A stretch of DNA of 64,000 nucleotides from an uncultured Christensenellaceae bacterium. Its GTDB lineage: Bacteria > Bacillota > Clostridia > Christensenellales > UBA3700. How positions within the stretch are numbered: position 1 is the stretch's first letter; each line of letters starts with the position of its first letter. Location: the NCBI GenBank assembly GCA_963931165.1, contig OZ006985.1, forward strand, positions 744,532 to 808,531. Reading direction: 5' to 3'. The notes below the pieces were generated by a model, which was not told the DNA's origin, did no database searches, and saw only the letters and a program-made list of their open reading frames with translations. Positions 59,336 through 64,000 of the stretch are shown here, one piece after another. The position numbers and the translations under genes are program-made.

Positions 59336-59410
59336 TGGTGACTCCAAGGGGAATCGAACCCCTGTTACCACCGTGAAAGGGTGGTGTCTTAACCGCTTGA
59401 CCATGGAGCC
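59336..59410 (-). tRNA. tRNA-Glu (TTC)
   Basis: Reverse complement GGCTCCATGGTCAAGCGGTTAAGACACCACCCTTTCACGGTGGTAACAGGGGTTCGATTCCCCTTGGAGTCACCA; promoter TTGACA-17-TATATT at 59457-59429. Confidence 0.97.
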
Positions 59411-59542
59411 GTATTCAATTGCTTACTCAATATAATATAATTTGTGCGTTTTGTCAAACGTTTGGATGAATTTTTTTGTTTTGAGCGCGCGGAGCGCTTT
59501 TGCGGCTTGCGATGAGCGGCGGCGCGGTGTTATAATATATGC

Positions 59543-60406
59543 ATGAAATACGCGGTCATAGATATCGGTTCCAACAGCGTGCGGCTCATGTTGAGCGACG
59601 GCGCAATTACCCTCGGCAAAAGGCTGGAGTCCACAAGGCTTTCCGAGGGGTTGAGTTTGAGCGGCGCATTGAGCGCCGACGCGATCGAGAGGACTGCCCG
59701 CGCCGTCGCAAACTTTGTAAGCGAGGCAAAGGCGGAGAAGTGCGACGTCGTCTACGCATTTGCGACAGAGGCTGTGCGCAGTGCGTCAAACGGAGCGGAG
59801 TTTGTTGCGCGTTGCGCCCGCGACGGGGTCAAAGTGGACGTGCTGCCGGGCGGCGACGAGGCGAAGCTCGGCTTTTGGGGCGCGTATTCGGGCGGAAGGC
59901 AGGCGGTGCTCGACATCGGCGGGGCGTCGACCGAATTGGCGGTCGGAGACGAGCGCGGACTTGAATACGGCAAGAGCCTTCACATCGGCAGCGTGCGAAT
60001 CCGCGACCTGTGCGGAGAGGACATCGCCGCGATCAAGTCGCTTGCGGCAAGCACGGTGAAGCAATACGGCGCAGTGCCGACGTTCGACAAATTGATCTCG
60101 ATCGGCGGCACCGGTTCGACGCTCGTCTCGGTTGACAAGGCGATGAAGGTCTACGACACGACGCGCGTACACGGAGCCGTGCTGACAAGGGCGAGAGTGG
60201 AAGAGATCGCGATGCATATACATTCCGTGCCCATGGACGAAAGAGAGAAGATCGCGGGGCTCCCGCCCAAGCGCAAGGACGTCGTAGTCGGCGCGGCATT
60301 GTTGATGTGCGAGGTGATGGACTTCCTCGGAGCAAAGGAGATCACCGTCAGCGAAAGCGACAATCAGGAGGGCTATCTCAAGCTCAAGCTCGGTCAAATA
60401 AGTTGA
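59543..60406 (+). CDS. ppx: Ppx/GppA exopolyphosphatase
   Basis: DIGSNS, ATEAVR and DIGGASTE motifs. Confidence 0.92.
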   Translation: MKYAVIDIGSNSVRLMLSDGAITLGKRLESTRLSEGLSLSGALSADAIERTARAVANFVSEAKAEKCDVVYAFATEAVRSASNGAEFVARCARDGVKVDVLPGGDEAKLGFWGAYSGGRQAVLDIGGASTELAVGDERGLEYGKSLHIGSVRIRDLCGEDIAAIKSLAASTVKQYGAVPTFDKLISIGGTGSTLVSVDKAMKVYDTTRVHGAVLTRARVEEIAMHIHSVPMDEREKIAGLPPKRKDVVVGAALLMCEVMDFLGAKEITVSESDNQEGYLKLKLGQIS

Positions 60407-60602
60407 GACAGCGCACACGGGCACGAAAAATGATCGCGTCATGCAAGAGCGAACCCGCCGCACGCGAAACGGCATTTGGCATGCTCCGAACAAATGAAAG
60501 CAATTGTGAAATTTCGGCAATAATAAAAGTTGCGAAAAATTGTTGACAAAACGCGCTCAAAGCCGTATAATGATACAGCATCCGCAAAGGCGGTGAAAAC
60601 GT

Positions 60603-60677
<75 letters not shown>

Positions 60678-60681
60678 TTAT

Positions 60682-60758
60682 GGCGGCGTAGCTTAGTTGG
60701 TTATAGCGGCCGGTTCATACCCGGCAGGTCATTGGTTCGAATCCGATCGCCGCTACCA
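60682..60758 (+). tRNA. Elongator tRNA-Met (CAT)
   Basis: Cloverleaf GGCGGCG...CGCCGCT-ACCA with TTCATAC loop; Ile2 identity not fully excluded. Confidence 0.9.
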
Positions 60759-60929
60759 AATGTACAAGGGACGACTTCGAAAGAGGTCGTCATTTTGTTG
60801 TCGCCGAACGAATGCGGCGCGCCGAGGGGCGGAAAAAGCAATGCTTGACTTTTTTGCTCAAATGTGTATAATAGTATGTAAGCGTTTTGAATGAAGTGCC
60901 TCGTTTCGGGGCATAGAAAGGAGCATTTT

Positions 60930-61352
60930 ATGTTGGAACAGGACATCAAGGCTGCAAGAATAGAAGCTATGAAACAGCACGACAAGGTCGTGTCCGGCGT
61001 TTACAGCGTTGTGCTGAACAAGATCATGCTCGCCGGCATCGAAAAGCGCGCCAAAGGCGGCGAATTGACCGAGGCGGACGTTGTGGGAATTTTACAAAAG
61101 ACGGAAAAGGAATTGTACGACGAGCGCGACGGCTTTGTCAAGGCGAACCGTCCCGAGAAGGTCGCCGAGCTTGACAGGCAGGTCGAGGCGGTCAAGCGCT
61201 TTATCCCGGCGATGATGAGCGAGGACGAGATCAAGAGCGTCATCGAGGCTTTGCCCGACAAGAGCATAGGCGCGGTGATGAAGCATTTCAAGAGCGAATA
61301 TGCCGGCAAATGCGATATGAAGCTGGTCGGCGAGGTGTTGAAAAAGCTGTGA
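60930..61352 (+). CDS. GatB/YqeY domain protein
   Basis: EAMKQHDK, LQKTEK, P-MMSEDEI and GAVMK motifs; AAGGAG SD. Confidence 0.88.
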   Translation: MLEQDIKAARIEAMKQHDKVVSGVYSVVLNKIMLAGIEKRAKGGELTEADVVGILQKTEKELYDERDGFVKANRPEKVAELDRQVEAVKRFIPAMMSEDEIKSVIEALPDKSIGAVMKHFKSEYAGKCDMKLVGEVLKKL

Positions 61353-62284
61353 GCGAGGTCAGACTGCCGGGGTGCATTAAGATAGGGCATGCCGACAACG
61401 GCCACAACGGCGTGACCGCGATCTTGTGCCCCAAGGGGTGCATGGGCGGCGTCGACGTGCGCGGAGGCGGTCCCGGCACGCGCGAGACCGACTTGCTCCG
61501 TCCCGAAAAGGCGGCGGAGAGCGTCAACGCGATCGTGTTGACCGGAGGTTCGGCGTACGGGCTGGAGAGCGCGTGCGGTGTGATGAAGTGGCTTTCAGAG
61601 AGAGGATACGGCTTCAAGGTGTCGGGCAAGGTCGTCCCGATCGTGCCGGCGGCGGTCATCTTCGATCTCAACGAAAAGGAATTGCACTATCCCGACATCG
61701 CGCTCGGATACGAGGCGTGCGAGAGGGCTTTGAGCGAAAAGCCCGTCTTCGGCAGCGTGGGCGTGGGCAAGGGCGCGACCGTGGGCAAGCTGCGCGGGAT
61801 GAAGTATTGCTGCAAGAGCGGCATAGGCGCGGCGACCGAGAAGATCGCCGGCGCATATGTGACCGCGGTCGTGGCGGTCAACGCGCTGGGCGATGTGTTC
61901 GATCCCGAAAAGGGCGAGATCGTCGCGGGGTGCAAAAATACGGACGGCAGCTTTGCGTTTGCGGAAAAGAAGTTGCTTGAAGGGGAATATTTCAAATTCC
62001 TGATGGGCAACACGACGATCGGCTGCGTGATCACCAACGCGGGGCTGAACAAGGTTCAGACCAACAAACTCGCGTCCGCCGCGCACAACGGGCTCGCGAG
62101 GACGATATATCCGGTGCACACCGACTACGACGGGGACACGATGTTCGCGCTGTCCGCGGGCAGGATGCCCGTCGTCAACTTTGCGCTGTTGCAGACTGCG
62201 GCGGTCAAAGCGGTCGAGAGGGCGGTCGTCAATGCGGTCACGTCGACCGCGGACGAAGTCGTCGTCTTCGACGAAGAAGAATGA
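61349..62284 (+). CDS. P1/DmpA-like (S58) peptidase
   Basis: DVRGGGPGTRETD, LTGGSAYGL, GNTTIG and DGDT motifs. Confidence 0.88.
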   Translation: MSEVRLPGCIKIGHADNGHNGVTAILCPKGCMGGVDVRGGGPGTRETDLLRPEKAAESVNAIVLTGGSAYGLESACGVMKWLSERGYGFKVSGKVVPIVPAAVIFDLNEKELHYPDIALGYEACERALSEKPVFGSVGVGKGATVGKLRGMKYCCKSGIGAATEKIAGAYVTAVVAVNALGDVFDPEKGEIVAGCKNTDGSFAFAEKKLLEGEYFKFLMGNTTIGCVITNAGLNKVQTNKLASAAHNGLARTIYPVHTDYDGDTMFALSAGRMPVVNFALLQTAAVKAVERAVVNAVTSTADEVVVFDEEE

Positions 62285-62294
62285 GGAGGCAACC

Positions 62295-63647
62295 ATGATC
62301 GACGGAAAGAGCGTCATAAACAAGTATGAGGAGATCTGCAGGCGCGACTATGCGCTCGACACCTCGCTGTACGAGAAGTACCACGTCAAGCGCGGTTTGC
62401 GCGACAAGTCGGGGCAGGGCGTCGTCGCCGGCATCACCAACATCTCCAAGATCGTGTCCTACAAGGAGGACGCCGAGGGCAAGCACATCCCTTGCGACGG
62501 CGAACTTTACTATCGCGGATACAGCATCAACGACCTCGTGAACGGGCTGATCAAGGACGACAGGTTCGGGTTTGAAGAGATCGCGTATCTGTTGATCTTG
62601 GGCGAACTGCCCGACAAAAAACAGCTGGAAGAGTTCAAGACGCTGCTTGCCGAGATGCGCAAATTGCCGCGCAATTTCACCAAGGACGTCATCCTCAAGG
62701 CGCCGAGCAAGGATATGATGATGAGTCTGCAACGCAGCGTGCTCACGCTTGCGAGCTATGACAAGAAGTTTGACGACATCGGCGTCAACAACGTGATACG
62801 CCAATGCCTTTGGCTGGTCAGCGTGTTCCCGATGCTGGCGGTCTACGGCTACCACGCGTACAACCACTTCATCAACGACGACAGCCTTTACATACACCAC
62901 CCCGATCCCGACCTCTCGACGGCGGAGAACTTTTTGCGCATGCTTCGTCCGGACAAGAGCTTTACGCCGCTCGAGGCGAGCGTGCTCGACCTTGCGCTGA
63001 TACTTCATATGGAGCACGGCGGCGGCAATAACTCGACGTTCACCACGCGCGTTGTCACCTCGTCGGGGACGGACACCTATTCGGCGATCTCGGCGGCGCT
63101 CGCGTCCCTCAAAGGTCCCAAGCACGGCGGCGCCAACATCAAGGTCGTGCAGATGATGCGCAACATCCGCGAGAACGTGCACGACCTCAAAGACGAGGAC
63201 GAAATATACGCCTATTTGCTCAAAATTTTGCGCAAGGAGACGTTCGACCACAAGGGGTTGATCTACGGCATGGGGCACGCGGTCTATTCGCTGTCCGACC
63301 CGCGCGCGCAGGTGTTCAAGGAGTTCATCAAGAGGCTGTCTCAATCGAAGGGCAAGTCGAGGCTCTACGACTTTTACGAGCGCGTCGAGCGGCTTGCGAC
63401 CAAGGCGATCGCGTCCGAGAGGGCGATCTACAAGGGCGTCAGCGCCAACGTCGACTTTTACAGCGGATTTGTCTACAACATGCTGGGCATTCCGATGGAG
63501 CTTTACACCCCGATGTTCGCGATGGCGCGCATAGTCGGCTGGTCGGCGCACCGTCTCGAAGAGCTGATCAACGCGGACAAGATCATACGTCCCGCTTATC
63601 AGGATATAGTCAAGATACGCGAATATGAACCGCTCGACAGGAGATAA
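62295..63647 (+). CDS. gltA: Citrate (or 2-methylcitrate) synthase
   Basis: EHGGGNNST, GPKHGGAN, GMGHAVY, DPRA and NVDFYSG motifs. Confidence 0.92.
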   Translation: MIDGKSVINKYEEICRRDYALDTSLYEKYHVKRGLRDKSGQGVVAGITNISKIVSYKEDAEGKHIPCDGELYYRGYSINDLVNGLIKDDRFGFEEIAYLLILGELPDKKQLEEFKTLLAEMRKLPRNFTKDVILKAPSKDMMMSLQRSVLTLASYDKKFDDIGVNNVIRQCLWLVSVFPMLAVYGYHAYNHFINDDSLYIHHPDPDLSTAENFLRMLRPDKSFTPLEASVLDLALILHMEHGGGNNSTFTTRVVTSSGTDTYSAISAALASLKGPKHGGANIKVVQMMRNIRENVHDLKDEDEIYAYLLKILRKETFDHKGLIYGMGHAVYSLSDPRAQVFKEFIKRLSQSKGKSRLYDFYERVERLATKAIASERAIYKGVSANVDFYSGFVYNMLGIPMELYTPMFAMARIVGWSAHRLEELINADKIIRPAYQDIVKIREYEPLDRR

Positions 63648-63660
63648 GCGCTCCTCGGGT

Positions 63661-64000
63661 ATGAAGGCGGGGCAAAAGTGCAAGCTTTTGCTCGGCCTCT
63701 TTTTGTCCTATTTCAAGATAGGGCTGTTCACGTTCGGCGGCGGCTACGCGATGATACCGCTTATCGAGCGCGAATATGTGTTTCGCCGCAAGTGGATCAA
63801 CGAGGTCGAGCTTTACGAGATCATCACGATCGCCGAATCTACGCCCGGTCCGGTTGCGATCAATTGCGCGACGTTTGTCGGGTACAAGATCATGGGCGTC
63901 GTCGGGTCGTTTTTCGCGACGCTGGCGGTCTGCATTCCGTCCTTTGTCATCATCTATCTGATATCGATTTTTTACGACCGCTTCATGGCGCTGACCGCGG
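63661..64000 (+). CDS. Chromate transporter (ChrA family), 5' part, runs off the window
   Basis: Hand translation from 63661: MKAGQK...FKIGLFTFGGGYAMIP...AESTPGP. Confidence 0.88.
   Translation, partial: MKAGQKCKLLLGLFLSYFKIGLFTFGGGYAMIPLIEREYVFRRKWINEVELYEIITIAESTPGPVAINCATFVGYKIMGVVGSFFATLAVCIPSFVIIYLISIFYDRFMALTA

Larger units (their letters stand above)
40858..59341. mobile_element. Outer integrated element at the tRNA-Glu 3' end (about 18.5 kb, defective recombinase)
   Basis: TGGTGA at 40858-40863 and 59336-59341 (tRNA CCA end); tRNA-type terminator beyond the left copy; lower GC inside. Confidence 0.75.

Noticed and set aside
63776-63961. 61-aa ORF from the ORF track
   Set aside because: It is out of frame with the chromate transporter CDS starting at 63661, which the track omits because it has no stop in the window.

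Overview
Chromosomal window from a high-GC (about 60% by eye), probably clostridial gut bacterium. The taxonomy is inferred from sigmaA promoters, spmAB and gene content. Housekeeping backbone: pyrB-pyrC-pyrF-pyrK-pyrD-pyrE running on into punA and an MTA/SAH-type deaminase; ABC-F; Lrp plus aminotransferase; a 1396-aa repeat surface protein; trmN6-like methylase and rsmI; spmAB; metG-tatD-radical SAM-rsmA; a MacB-like ABC transporter; oadB plus a gamma-like subunit; luxS; recD2; three tRNAs; ppx; citrate synthase; and the start of a chromate transporter. The main accessory feature is a nested island at the 3' end of tRNA-Glu. The outer element (40858-59341) is bounded by TGGTGA repeats, its serine recombinase is dead, and it carries TetR-ilvB-ilvN plus a repeat-flanked AT-rich cassette encoding a PIN-like/2TM protein. 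An inner 12 kb integrative element (41203-53187; AACTG core, 13-bp subterminal inverted repeats) sits in codons 4-5 of the outer recombinase gene. It carries HUH Rep, TnpW-like and TnpX-like genes and a defence operon: type IIS methylase, AlwI-family endonuclease and a fully fused SIR2-APAZ-Argonaute. Also seen: candidate orphan sRNAs, a riboswitch-like oadB leader, a dispersed family of hairpin repeats and several apparently leaderless genes. No CRISPR array or rRNA was found. All product calls come from visual motif recognition; no database search was run.
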